DNA of 64,000 bases, taken from NCBI GenBank assembly GCA_963712745.1, contig CAVQJC010000014.1, positions 1-64,000 of the forward strand. Reading direction: 5' to 3'. Of this stretch, positions 22,117 to 32,250 are shown one piece after another (within the stretch, counting starts at the first letter, position 1; every line of letters starts with the position of its first letter). The position numbers were made by a program, and so were the translations under genes. The DNA is from an uncultured Chloroflexia bacterium. Its GTDB lineage: Bacteria > Chloroflexota > Limnocylindria > Limnocylindrales > CSP1-4. The notes under the pieces were generated by a model that saw nothing but the letters and a program-made list of their open reading frames with translations, searched no databases and was not told the origin of the DNA.

Positions 22117-22218
22117 ATGCAGCGAGACTTGGTCATCGCGGCCAGGGACGGCGATCTTGATGCCTACTCAAAGCTGGTGAGGACCTCGTTCCCGCGCCTG
22201 TATGGCGTTGCCAATCTT
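22117..22218 (+). pseudogene. 5' remnant of an ECF sigma factor
   Basis: MQRDLVIAARDGDLDAYSKLVRTSFPRLYGVANL is a typical ECF N-terminus, after which similarity stops abruptly. Confidence 0.65.
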
Positions 22219-22862
22219 CCGCGTCGATCACGGACAGTGAGTTCCGCGACGCCGGCGGCGTGCAGGTGTTCGAGGAGTCAGCCCCCACTATCGGGGACAA
22301 CCGCTTCCACGATGGACCGGCGATCTATGGCGACTACGGTGACCGCACCGTCATTCGTGGCAACCTGCTCGATGGGCCGGGCAGGACCGCCGTCCGTTTC
22401 GGCAGCCCCGCGGACGCGGTTGTCGAAGGCAACGAGATCACGGACCGCGAGGCCGGCATCGACAGCCCGTACGGCCCCATCGCAGCCTCGACCATCCAGG
22501 GCAACACCATCAGCGGTGCCACCTCGGTGGCCATCTCCGTGAACGGCGCTGCGCGGGTCGGTGACAACGTGCTCTCGGAGGATCGCACCGCGATCACGTG
22601 GTCTGGCAAGGAAGGCCTGATCGAGCGCAACACCATCACAGGCGGCGAGAACGGGATCGTCATCGGGAGCGGCGGTCCGACCGTTCAGGACAACACCGTC
22701 GAGGGAGTCGTGGGCAGGGCGGTCGTCATCGCGGGAATCTCTTCGCCGGTGCTGTCGGGCAATCCCTCTGGTGGTAACGGCGAGAACCTCTCCGTGTCCG
22801 ACAAGGCCACGCCGGAAGACGACGGCACCAACGAGATCTGCGAGGACGGCGCGGCCGAATAG
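22218..22862 (+). pseudogene. 3' remnant of a right-handed parallel beta-helix (NosD/PbH1-repeat) protein
   Basis: Repeats PTIGDN, VIRGN, VVEGNEI, TIQGNTI, LIERNTI and PTVQDNTV; no signal peptide or convincing start. Confidence 0.65.
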
Positions 22863-22925
22863 TCAGCCGAATACCCGTTCGCACATGCCCGGGTCGGCCG
22901 AGGGTCGGCCCGGGTCTTGGTCCGT

Positions 22926-23474
22926 CTAGGCGACCTCGCTGACCGGCTTGATCGGGTCAGGCGCCGTGTGCGGGTCGCCATTGATGCGCTGCCAGAAGCT
23001 GACATCGCGCCACTCGTCGAGCTTGTAGCCGAGGCTCTTGAGCGTGCCGGCGTGCTCGAAGCCGAGCGACTGGTGCAACGCCACACTGGCATCGTTGGGC
23101 AGCGCGATGACGGCCACGATGGCGCGGTAGCCCTGCTGCTCGAGGACCTCCAGCACCCGCTGGGAGAGGACCTTGCCCAGGCCCTGCCGCTCGTGGCCGG
23201 CACGCACGTAGACGGTGACCTCGCAGGTCCAGTCGTACGAACCGCGCAGCTTCCAGGGAGATGCGTAGGCGATACCACCGATGACGCCGTCCTTGTCGGC
23301 GACGATGAAGGGGTAGCGCTCGTGGAGCACCTGCCACGTCGCCTCCCAGTCCTCCTCGGACTGGGGACGGTCGTGGAAGTTGATGGCCGTCGTCTCGATG
23401 TAGTGATTGACGATCTCGGCGAACTGCTCGAGGTCGGCCTCTACGGCCAGTCGGATGTCGTAGTCGATGGGCAT
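22926..23474 (-). CDS. GNAT N-acetyltransferase, phosphinothricin acetyltransferase (Pat/YncA) family
   Basis: IVNHYIETTAINF, YPFIVA, EVTVYV, QGLGK, PNDASVALHQSLGF, GYKLDEWRDV. Confidence 0.92.
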   Translation of the reverse strand: MPIDYDIRLAVEADLEQFAEIVNHYIETTAINFHDRPQSEEDWEATWQVLHERYPFIVADKDGVIGGIAYASPWKLRGSYDWTCEVTVYVRAGHERQGLGKVLSQRVLEVLEQQGYRAIVAVIALPNDASVALHQSLGFEHAGTLKSLGYKLDEWRDVSFWQRINGDPHTAPDPIKPVSEVA

Positions 23475-23589
23475 AGCGGGCACGATACCGCACCCGGGGA
23501 AGTCACCCCGCGTCAGACGGTCGCCCAAGCCGCCGGATGACCGCTCGTGACACCGAATGCGCCCAAGGGAGGCCGCCTGCCGCCGACCC

Positions 23590-24135
23590 CTACCAGACCT
23601 CGCTCACCGGGCGGATCGGAGCCGGCTCCGTGTCGTCCATCGGCCCCACCAGGCGCTGCCAGGAGCCGACGTTGCGCCAGGCCCCCAGCTTGTAGCCCAC
23701 GCGCTCGAGCGTGCCCAGGTGGACGAACCCGAAGCGCTCGTGGAGCCGCACCGAACCGTCGTTGGGGGTGGTGATGCCGGCGATCAGGCAGCGATAGCCC
23801 TGCGCATCGAGCAGCGGGAGGAGCCGGCCGTAGAGCGCCGTCCCCAGGCCCTGTCCCGCCAGCCCCACGCGCAGGTAGATGGAGACCTCGGCGGTCCAGG
23901 CATAGGCTGCCCTCGAGTTGAACGACTTGCCGTAGGCCAGGCCACCCACGAAGCCATCCTGCTCGGCCACCAGCCACGGATAGCGCTCCTGGCAGACATC
24001 CCAGTCGGACAGCCAATCGGCAGCCGAGAGCGGGCGGTCGCCGAAGTGGGCCACGCCCGCGGCGATGTGCTCGTTGACGATCTCGGCGATGGCGACCATG
24101 TCCCCGGCCCGCGCCCGTCGCACTTTCCATGTCAT
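23590..24135 (-). CDS. Second Pat/YncA-family GNAT acetyltransferase
   Basis: YPWLVAE, AYAWTAEVSIYL, GQGLG, PNDGSVRLHERFGF, VGYKLGAWRNV. Confidence 0.92.
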   Translation of the reverse strand: MTWKVRRARAGDMVAIAEIVNEHIAAGVAHFGDRPLSAADWLSDWDVCQERYPWLVAEQDGFVGGLAYGKSFNSRAAYAWTAEVSIYLRVGLAGQGLGTALYGRLLPLLDAQGYRCLIAGITTPNDGSVRLHERFGFVHLGTLERVGYKLGAWRNVGSWQRLVGPMDDTEPAPIRPVSEVW

Positions 24136-24254
24136 GCCACAACGATAGGACGGTGCCGAGTGCACCGCAGCTGGGGGCCGGTTGGAGGTGCAGACGAACG
24201 GGTGCTGGCGCATCATGTCACCAACGAATCGGGTTCCCAGAGGAGACAGACCAC

Positions 24255-25895
24255 ATGTCAACCGAGTACGCCGTCCCCACCGTTGCCGAGCCGGCGCCGC
24301 CCACGCCCAACGAGGTCCTGCTCGTGGCCAGCGGCGACCTGCGCCACACCGCCAACGTGATGGGCTGGCCGGCGCAGCAGGTGCTGGAACAGCAGATCAC
24401 CGACGTACTCGCCGAGAGCGGTTGGACCGTCCGACGCGGCCACGAGTACGACCCCGAGTACGGTCACGGCTTCATCTGGAACCAGCGCATGGGCATGGAC
24501 GTCTTCGCCGGCGTCCACCCCGACACACCGGTCATCATCGCCGAGGCCGTGTGGGAGTACAGCCACCACGTCCTCTCCGGCCTCAAGACCATGCGCGGGC
24601 CCATCCTCACGGCGGCCAACTGGAGTGGCCAGTGGCCCGGTCTGGTCGGCCTGTTGAACCTCAACGCCTCCATGACCAAGGCCGGCATGGAGTACAGCTC
24701 CATCTGGAGCGAGGACTTCAGCGACGAGTGGGCGCGCAGGGCGCTCCAGGAGTGGGTCAAGACCGGCAAGATCGAACACGACACCAGCCACGTCCGCCCG
24801 CTCGACCCGGCCTCACTCCCGGCCGACGAAGCCGCCCTTGGTCGCGCCCTCGCGGCCGAGCTGAAGTCGAAGGGCGCCATCATGGGCATCTTCGACGAGG
24901 GCTGCATGGGCATGTACAACGCCATCTTCGATGACGAGTACATCAACCCCCTGGGCATCTTCAAGGAGCGCCTGAGCCAGTCGGCCCTCTACTACCGCAT
25001 GACCACGGTCACCGACGAGGAGGCCGAGGCCGTCTTCGGGTGGCTCGTCGACCGCGGTGTCAAGTTCGACTTCGGCACCGACTGGGAGACCGAGCTGACC
25101 AAGGACCAGGTCATCAGCCAGTGCAAGATGTACATCGCCGCGCTGCGCATCGCCGACGACTTCGGCTGTGCCGGCATCGGCATCCAGTACCAGCAGGGCC
25201 TGAAGGACCTGGTGCCCGCCTCGGACCTGGCGGAGGGCCTGCTCAACGAGATCGACCGCCCGCCGGCGTACGACGAGGACGGCAACGAGCTCTATCCCGG
25301 CGCTCCCCTGCCCCACTTCAACGAGGTCGACTGGGGCTGCGGCGTGGACGCGCTCATCACCAACCGGGTCTGGACGGCCATGGGCCTGAACCCATCCACC
25401 AGCCTGCACGACGTGCGCTGGGGCGACCCCTGGGGTGACGACTTCGTGTGGATCATGGAGATCTCAGGCTCGGTCCCGCCGAGCCATCTCCGCGGCGGCT
25501 ACGAGGGCGTGGTGTCCGAGCGTCAGAGCCCGATGTACTTCCGCCTTGGCGGCGGCACCATCAAGGGCGTCAGCAAGCCCGGTCCGGTGGTCTACAGCCG
25601 CGTCTTCCTGATGGACGGCCGGCTGCAGGTCGACATGGGCCTGGGTGAGGCCATCGAGCTGCCCGACGAAGAGACGCAGCGCCGCTGGGACGCCACGTCG
25701 AGCAACTGGCCCATCATGCACCTGGTCATGCCCGGCGTGACCCGCGACCAGTTCATGGCGCGCCATCGCAGCAACCACATCCAGGTCGTCTACGCGCCCG
25801 ACCTCGAGAGTGGCAAGAAGGCGCTGGCGGCCAAGGCAGCGATGTTCCACGCCCTCGGCGTGAAGGTCAACCTGACCGGAGACGTCGACCTCTAG
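24255..25895 (+). CDS. L-fucose/L-arabinose isomerase-family protein
   Basis: ASGDLR, ANWSGQWPGLVG, FDEGCMGMYN, GIQYQQG, PHFNEVD, LHDVRWG; AGGAG RBS. Confidence 0.8.
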   Translation: MSTEYAVPTVAEPAPPTPNEVLLVASGDLRHTANVMGWPAQQVLEQQITDVLAESGWTVRRGHEYDPEYGHGFIWNQRMGMDVFAGVHPDTPVIIAEAVWEYSHHVLSGLKTMRGPILTAANWSGQWPGLVGLLNLNASMTKAGMEYSSIWSEDFSDEWARRALQEWVKTGKIEHDTSHVRPLDPASLPADEAALGRALAAELKSKGAIMGIFDEGCMGMYNAIFDDEYINPLGIFKERLSQSALYYRMTTVTDEEAEAVFGWLVDRGVKFDFGTDWETELTKDQVISQCKMYIAALRIADDFGCAGIGIQYQQGLKDLVPASDLAEGLLNEIDRPPAYDEDGNELYPGAPLPHFNEVDWGCGVDALITNRVWTAMGLNPSTSLHDVRWGDPWGDDFVWIMEISGSVPPSHLRGGYEGVVSERQSPMYFRLGGGTIKGVSKPGPVVYSRVFLMDGRLQVDMGLGEAIELPDEETQRRWDATSSNWPIMHLVMPGVTRDQFMARHRSNHIQVVYAPDLESGKKALAAKAAMFHALGVKVNLTGDVDL

Positions 25896-25936
25896 ACTAC
25901 GTCATCCAGCCCTGGAAGCTGCCGACCGGGTAGCGA

Positions 25937-25980
25937 GCCGGGACGCCGCAGCCCGCCGCAACCCGCTCCGGCGTCCCGGC
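25937..25980. terminator. Hairpin between convergent genes
   Basis: Perfect 12-bp inverted repeat gccgggacgccg / cggcgtcccggc. Confidence 0.6.
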
Positions 25981-26405
25981 TAGATGGCGCCGCCGCTGTC
26001 GAGCGACTTCACCCAGGACTCGAAACCCTCGGGCACGTTGGGACCCTTGACCCGGTACATGCCGGTGACCTTGCCGCCGGCCGCTTCGGCGGCATCGGCC
26101 AGCTGACGCAGGGTGGAGCCGACGGCCAGCTTGTAGGTGGCGAAGACCGCGGTCGGCTTGCCGTTCAGCGTCAGCTTCTCGATGAAGGTGAGGGCCGGCT
26201 CGGACGGATGCTGCTTGATGATGAACCAGCCCTTGGTCCAGGCCCCCAGCACGATGGCCCCGGCCGTGCCCACCTTCCGAGGGTCGGCGTTGGAGACGTT
26301 CTCGACGGTGCACTCGTGCCCGGCCGCACGCACGACCTCGCCCATCTTCTCAGCGGCGCCCGCGGTGATACCGGTGTGTGTGTCGAAGACGATGGCGACC
26401 TTCAT
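25980..26405 (-). CDS. Flavodoxin-like protein
   Basis: MKVAIVFDTHTGIT (FMN loop), IVLGAWT, GKPTAVFAT. Confidence 0.75.
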   Translation of the reverse strand: MKVAIVFDTHTGITAGAAEKMGEVVRAAGHECTVENVSNADPRKVGTAGAIVLGAWTKGWFIIKQHPSEPALTFIEKLTLNGKPTAVFATYKLAVGSTLRQLADAAEAAGGKVTGMYRVKGPNVPEGFESWVKSLDSGGAI

Positions 26406-26471
26406 GAGCTCCGCTCCTGCTACTGCTGCGCATCCATTCTGCGCCAAGCAGGGCCGGCCTGTCGGGGTCCG

Positions 26472-27752
26472 TCAGGCGGCACGAAGCTCCGCTCGCGGCG
26501 CGTCGCCCTCGAGCCGTGCGGCCAGCAGGCCGGCCAGCTCGTTGAAGCCCCGGCTGAAGAGCGAGTCCGGGTACGCCGTGACGATGGATGAGCCCGCAGC
26601 GACCGAACCCCTGGCGAGGCGCTCGTCGTGCATCAGCACCGCGTCCGGCTGCCACCCCAGCTCGTCGGTGAACTCTGCCGCATCGTAGTCAGCGTCGACG
26701 TGGTTCACGACGGTGAGGATCTTGTCCATCGGGAACCCCGCTGCCGTCAGCACCGCGTGGCAGCGCTGTGTCTTGCGCACCGCGCCGTGCCGGGGCGTGG
26801 TCACGTCGAGGACCACGTCCGCGTCGTCGAGCATCGCCAGCGTCCGGTCGTCCATTACCGCGGGCACGTCGATGACGACGAGTCCATGCGTCTGCTTGAG
26901 CACCTGGAGCGCGCGACGGATGTCAGCCAGCATGATGAGGTCGGCCTGCTCCATGCGGGGCGGAGCCAACAGCACGTCCAGGCCGGTCGCATCCTGCCAC
27001 AGCAGTGGCGCTACATCGGCCTCGGTCGCGTGGCCGGTGGGCAGCTGCAAGAGCGATGGCGCGTCCTCGGGTGCCTCGAGATGGAGACGCAGGTCACCGT
27101 GGACCTGGTCGCCATCCACCAGCACGACGCGGGTCCCGGTAGCCTGACCCATGGCCACTGCGAGGTTGTGGGCGATGGCAGTGCGGCCCACGCCGCCCTT
27201 GGCGGAGAAGACGGCGATGGTGCCTGACAGCGGGACGACCACGGGGCCGCGGTGTGCGTCGTCGAGGCGGTGGATCGCACCGAGCATGGAAGCGTCGTCG
27301 AAGGGAAGCGTCAGGACCTCGGCCAGCCCGGTCTCCGGGTTCAGGGTCACGGGTCGGTCCGGCACGGTCAGGAACACGACCGGGGTCGTCCGTCCCGCCG
27401 AGCGCATGGCGCGTGCCACTTCCAGACCACTTACCTTGCCCTGGAGGAGCGCGTCGATGACGACCACATCCGGTTCGGTCGCCTCGATCCGCTCGAGCGC
27501 GGCCTGACCGTCGCCCACGGTCTCGATGAGTCGCACGTGCTCGTCCCGCCCGGTGACCTCACGCACGTGGTCGGCCACTTTGTCGAGCTCCTCCACGAGC
27601 AGCACGCGCACCGTGGCCTCCGAACGGTTCGACGCCATGGGCGGCACCAGCGCCGGCCCCAAGTCCATCGGGGGCAACTCCTGGTCAGCCCGGTCCGGCA
27701 GCGGAGCGATCACCGGGGGAACGGTCGGGGCGGCGGTCGGGATGGCGGTCAT
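26472..27752 (-). CDS. Receiver-domain + MinD/ParA ATPase (CpaE/TadZ-like)
   Basis: REC domain (VLLVEE, PDVVVID, VVFLT), then FSAKGGVGRT, VLVDGD and VVIDVP. Confidence 0.82.
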   Translation of the reverse strand: MTAIPTAAPTVPPVIAPLPDRADQELPPMDLGPALVPPMASNRSEATVRVLLVEELDKVADHVREVTGRDEHVRLIETVGDGQAALERIEATEPDVVVIDALLQGKVSGLEVARAMRSAGRTTPVVFLTVPDRPVTLNPETGLAEVLTLPFDDASMLGAIHRLDDAHRGPVVVPLSGTIAVFSAKGGVGRTAIAHNLAVAMGQATGTRVVLVDGDQVHGDLRLHLEAPEDAPSLLQLPTGHATEADVAPLLWQDATGLDVLLAPPRMEQADLIMLADIRRALQVLKQTHGLVVIDVPAVMDDRTLAMLDDADVVLDVTTPRHGAVRKTQRCHAVLTAAGFPMDKILTVVNHVDADYDAAEFTDELGWQPDAVLMHDERLARGSVAAGSSIVTAYPDSLFSRGFNELAGLLAARLEGDAPRAELRAA

Positions 27753-27984
27753 GGGGTTGTCCTCGCGTGCTCTTCGAAGCGATGTTCCGGAAGATGGCCG
27801 CGGCCGGCTGCCCCACTCCGATGTGACCCCCGGCCGCTTCGTCCATCCTCCCCGCGGACCATCGGGTCGGCCCCCGCTCGAACGTACGGCTGGAGGCGCG
27901 ACTGGTACGGCACCGCAACGCCCGGGACGGCCTCCTCCTACCCCGGACTACCAGCCGCCGGACCCGGCGTCGGCGGCAGTCCAT

Positions 27985-29861
27985 CTACCGACCCGGCATC
28001 CAGGGCTCCTCGTTCCGCTCGGCCGCGTCGATGGCCAGGGCGGCGGAGATGATGCCCACGTGGCTGAAGGCCTGCGGGAAGTTGCCCAGCTGTTGGCCGG
28101 TGTGCGGGTCGATCTCCTCGGCCAGCAGGCCCAGGTCGCTGGCGTGCCCGAGCACCATCTCGAAGCGTTCCTTCGCCCGCTCGACCTGGCCGCTGCGAGC
28201 CAGGGCGGTGACCATCCAGAGGGTGCAGAAGACGAACGTGCCCTCGTCGCCGTCGAGGCCATCGTCGCCCCGATAGCGGTAGATGTGCCCGTTCACGCCC
28301 AGCTCCTCGTCGATGGCCTCGATGGTGGCGAGCACGCGTGGGTCGTCGGGCGGCAGGAAGCCGACGTTGGGGACCTGCAGCGCGGCCGCGTCGAGCGCGG
28401 TCGAGCCGAAGGCCTGGGTGAAGACACCGCGGACGGGGTCCACGCCCTCGGTCTCGATGCGCCGCCGCATCTGGTCGCGCGCCCTGCGCCACCGGGATGG
28501 CACGGCCGCTGCACCGTCGTGCCGCTCGACGAGCCGGATGCCCAGGTCCACGGCCAGCCACATCAGCAGCTTGGAGAAGAGGAAGTGCCGGGCCCCGCCG
28601 CGCACCTCCCAGATGCCCTCGTCGACCACGTCGAACTCGTCGATGGCGAGCTCCGACGACCTCCTCGATGAAACGCTGGTAGTGCGCATCGACATGCTGC
28701 CCGACCTCACCGCCGTGAGCGCTGGTGAACCAGGTGGACGCCAGCAGCCAGCCGATACGTGTCGTGCTGTGTCTGGTCCCAGGCGCCGTTGCCGATGCGC
28801 ACGGGACGCTGAGCCGCGATAGCCCGAGAGGTGGGGCAGCTCGGTCTCGGTCAGGATGCGCTCGCCGCCGATGCCGTACATGATCTGGAGCTCCGAGGCG
28901 CGGCCGGCCGTGGTCGCGCGGATCCACTCGGCGAAGCGGCGGCACTCGTAGTCGTGGCCCAGGCGGATGAGCGCGTTCAGCATGCGTCGTCGAGTCGCGC
29001 ACCCAGGTGTAGCGGTAGTCCCAGTTGCGGCCTCCGCCGATGACTTCGGGCAGCGATGTCGTGGCCGCGGCGATGACCGCACCGGTGCGGCCGTCGGTCA
29101 GGCCCTTGATGACCAGGGCACTGCGCTCGACAGCCGCGCGGTAGGGCCCCTCGTAGCGCGTCGCGGCCGTCCAGCGCTGCCAGAAGCGGACGGTCTCGTC
29201 CAGCCTGGCCACGGCTTCGTGGTGGGGGATGCGGCTCGTGTCGAGGCCGCTGGGCGTGGACCAGGTGATGGAGATGACCCGCTCCTCGCCGGCTCGCGAA
29301 CCGTGCCGCGAGCGTCCACGCCACCAATGCCCGTCGCGCGGCAGCGGCCCGATCTCGCTCTCGAGCAGCAGCGCGTCGGCACTGCCGGTGGCCACCACCA
29401 GGTCGTCGGCGAGCTCGGTGATGTAGGGGGTGGTGAGCCCGTACTCGAAACGCGGGCGGAAGGTCAGGCCGACCTCGACGGCGCCGCGGACGCCGCGGAC
29501 GATACGGATCGAGCGAGTGGCGCGCGCCAAGCCGGTGGGCCACCCCGATCTCGTCGGGATCCGGCTCCACTGGCATGAAGTCGGTGAGCGTGACCACGCC
29601 GGTCGAAGTCCTGAACGTGGTCTCCAGGACGTTGGTCCCGGGCAGGTAGCGCCGCTCGATGCCAGCCTCGGGCTCGGCCGGAGCCACGCGGAAGAAGCCG
29701 CCGATATCGCGGTCGAGGATGCGCGCGAACACGGGGCGCCCGTCGAAGCGGTGGAAGACGGCCCACTCGATGGACCCGTCCCGCGCCACCAGCGCCAGCG
29801 AGTGGCAGTCGCTCAGGAAGGCGTAGTCGGAGATCGGCGGGAAGCCGTCGTCCGCGGTCAT
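27985..29861 (-). CDS. Glycoside hydrolase family 15 (trehalase/glucoamylase), frameshifted
   Basis: PISDYAFLSDC, AAATTSLPE, RNWDYRYTWVRD, LQIMYG, DEGIWEVRG, EGTFVFC, LGNFPQAFSH. Confidence 0.9.
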
Positions 29862-30089
29862 GACGTCATACCCCGGCGAGCCATTCAGTCGGAGGCCTCG
29901 GCGGTGCCATCGAGGTCGGTCGCCATCGCCCAGACCTTCTCGGCGGGGCGTTCGCATCGCGTTCGGCAGTCATCACTGACACGGCAGGCCTCCATGCATC
30001 GTGGGTGCCCCGCCCACCTGGCTCGTCGGTCGCTTGAGTGTAGCCCCGCGCTGCTAGACCACCGCTGGCGCTCGCTATACTCGGGCGCG

Positions 30090-30320
30090 ATGCAGCAGCC
30101 GATGTACCACCCTGACGACTTGGCCTCGATGGACCCGCTGGTCCTGATGAAGAACCTCGACCACGTGCGCATGACGTCGCGGCGACTCAGCTACGTGCTG
30201 CAGGGCCAGGTGCACCTGTACCGGCCCGAGGCCAACGAGCTGCGCATGGAGATCGACCGCTACGTCGAGGCCGAGCGCGCCATCGAAGCGGAGTTGGCGC
30301 GGCGCCAGATCCGCGTCTGA
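30090..30320 (+). CDS. Small hypothetical protein (76 aa, helical)
   Basis: Gene-like codon usage; TATACT lies 8 nt before the ATG (leaderless). Confidence 0.7.
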   Translation: MQQPMYHPDDLASMDPLVLMKNLDHVRMTSRRLSYVLQGQVHLYRPEANELRMEIDRYVEAERAIEAELARRQIRV

Positions 30321-30345
30321 GGGCGCAGGGGTGCCGTCAGGCGAG

Positions 30346-30942
30346 CTACCGCGGGCGACCGATGGCGAAGAGATAGCGCGGCTTCTCCCCGTCGGGCAGC
30401 TCGAGCAGCCGGCACACAGCCGTATCGTCGAAGGATCCGATGGGCACGCCCCCAAGGTCAAGGGCCACGGCCTGCAGCAGCAGGTTCTGGCCGGCGTGGC
30501 CGGCCTCGAAGTCGGAATAGCGCAGGCCACGCTCCTCGCCGTGCCTGCCCGAGATGCGGCCGGGCACGATCGAGAAGATGATCACGGCCGGCGCTGTGGC
30601 CACGAACGGCTGTCCGCCGGTGGCTTCCTGGAGAGCGGGTCGCAGGTCGGTATCGGCGAGTGGCTCCAGGGCATGGTCGTCGGGCAGGTAGCGGGCCAGG
30701 CCGTCGGCCGTGGCCACGTACACCTCAAGCGCCTTGAGGTTGCTGGCGGAGGGCGCGGTGCGCCTGCCGCCATCGTGGGTCACGCCCTGGGCGGCCCACA
30801 ACAGCTGGCCCAGTTCGTCGTCGGTCAGAGGGTGCGGCTGGAAGTCCCTGATGGTGCGCCGCGCGGCCAGGGCAGCCTCAAGCGCCATGCTGCTATCGGT
30901 GCGTGGCGCGGGGAGTCGGTAGGTGGATCGGGTCGTCTGCAT
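30346..30942 (-). CDS. Nitroreductase, SagB-type family
   Basis: ALAARRTIRDF, LLWAAQG, RTAPSA, EAGHAGQNLLLQAVALDLG, IGSFDD. Confidence 0.9.
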   Translation of the reverse strand: MQTTRSTYRLPAPRTDSSMALEAALAARRTIRDFQPHPLTDDELGQLLWAAQGVTHDGGRRTAPSASNLKALEVYVATADGLARYLPDDHALEPLADTDLRPALQEATGGQPFVATAPAVIIFSIVPGRISGRHGEERGLRYSDFEAGHAGQNLLLQAVALDLGGVPIGSFDDTAVCRLLELPDGEKPRYLFAIGRPR

Positions 30943-31025
30943 GGGCTCCAGGCTGGCATCCGCAGGGGCGTGGCGGTAGAGCCATCGGTCGCGTCTGCAG
31001 CCTGGCATGTCGCTACCCTGTCCAC

Positions 31026-31715
31026 ATGATCGCGGCAGACATCGACATCGAGCACGGGCTGCCCGATGAGCTGCGCGAGCAGGCCGTGCTCCTCTTCGAA
31101 GAGGCCTTCGGCGACAAGATGCGCATGGCCGTCCGCGACCGCGACAAGCGCATGGCCTTCAAGCAGCGCGTATACGACGCCGACCACGTCATCATCGCCC
31201 GCCGCGGCGATGAGCTCCTGGGCATGGCAGGGCTGAGCTCCAGGGACGGCGCCTACCGCGGCGGATTGATGGCCATCTCCTGGGATCCACGCTCGTACCG
31301 GGATCTGCTCGGCTGGCTCGGTGCGGCCTGGGCGGTGTGGGGCCTGCAGCTGGGGGACCATCGCCCCAAGGCCGACGAGATCTACCTCGACGGCATCGCC
31401 GTCTTGGCACCGGTTCGCGGCCACGGCATCGGCAGCCGCCTGCTCGACGAGGTGCGCTCCATCGCCCGGGCGCATGGGAAGCGCTTCGTGCGGCTCGACG
31501 TGGTCGACACCAACCCGCGCGCCCAGGCACTCTACGAACGGGTCGGTTACCAGGTCACCGGGGTCCAGTCGTTCCGCTACCAGCAGCGCTGGACGGGTTT
31601 CGGGGCCATGATCTCGATGGAGCAGGCGGTGGACCGCCCTGATCCGTCCGGAGCGGACGGCGGAGAGGCTAGGCCACCGCGGCGATCGCCTGCGGTCCGC
31701 GCTCCTGGGCGATGA
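31026..31715 (+). CDS. GNAT acetyltransferase
   Basis: IYLDGIAV, RGHGIGSRLL, LDVVDTNPRAQALYERVGY. Confidence 0.88.
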   Translation: MIAADIDIEHGLPDELREQAVLLFEEAFGDKMRMAVRDRDKRMAFKQRVYDADHVIIARRGDELLGMAGLSSRDGAYRGGLMAISWDPRSYRDLLGWLGAAWAVWGLQLGDHRPKADEIYLDGIAVLAPVRGHGIGSRLLDEVRSIARAHGKRFVRLDVVDTNPRAQALYERVGYQVTGVQSFRYQQRWTGFGAMISMEQAVDRPDPSGADGGEARPPRRSPAVRAPGR

Positions 31716-32037
31716 CGCGGTTGGCGAGCTCGGCCAGCCGAGGCAGTGCCGCCAGCGCAAAGCCGATTCCCAGGCCCTGGAGTGCCTCGTAGTCCATGCC
31801 GCGGTAGTCGCCACGAGCCGCCACCGCGCACATCTCGTCGTAGAGCTCCGGCCAGGCCACCGCCCTGCGGCGATAGCAGAAGCGCACGAACGCCTCCGCC
31901 TCGGCGTCGGGATCGTGGGGCGCCCCATCGCTCTGGTCGGTCGGGGTCACGACCCTGCCGATGGCGGCCGACTCCCCGCGTTCGTGGCGCTCTTCATAGG
32001 TTCTGGGCAGCACGTTGCCCGGTCGCTCTGTCGACAC
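31669..32037 (-). CDS. Hypothetical protein (start uncertain)
   Basis: Globular-looking core FVRFCYRRRAVAWPELYDEMCAVAARG; upstream promoter-like region. Confidence 0.6.
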   Translation of the reverse strand: MSTERPGNVLPRTYEERHERGESAAIGRVVTPTDQSDGAPHDPDAEAEAFVRFCYRRRAVAWPELYDEMCAVAARGDYRGMDYEALQGLGIGFALAALPRLAELANRVIAQERGPQAIAAVA

Positions 32038-32250
32038 CCTCTCCCACCTTCTGACGGGCACGCCGATACGAACCCGCGCTGACACAGTTACCGATGAACG
32101 CCGTTGCGCAAGTCCGCGACGCGACGACGCGCTCAGCCCGTGGGGATGTCCGCAGACCCCTGGGCTTTCCCTCTCCTTGCGCCACCCCGGAGACCTCTCC
32201 GGGCGGCAGGGGCCGATGATACGTCGGCCTTCCCGTGACGCGCTAGCGGC

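Noticed and set aside
30346-30942. SagB-like gene as a sign of a RiPP cluster
   Set aside because: No YcaO, precursor or transporter is adjacent; stand-alone nitroreductases of this type are common.
32100-32210. RNase P RNA or cobalamin riboswitch (GAGAGGGAAAGCCC, ACTGTG on the minus strand)
   Set aside because: Only fragments resemble the consensus; the remaining conserved elements are missing.
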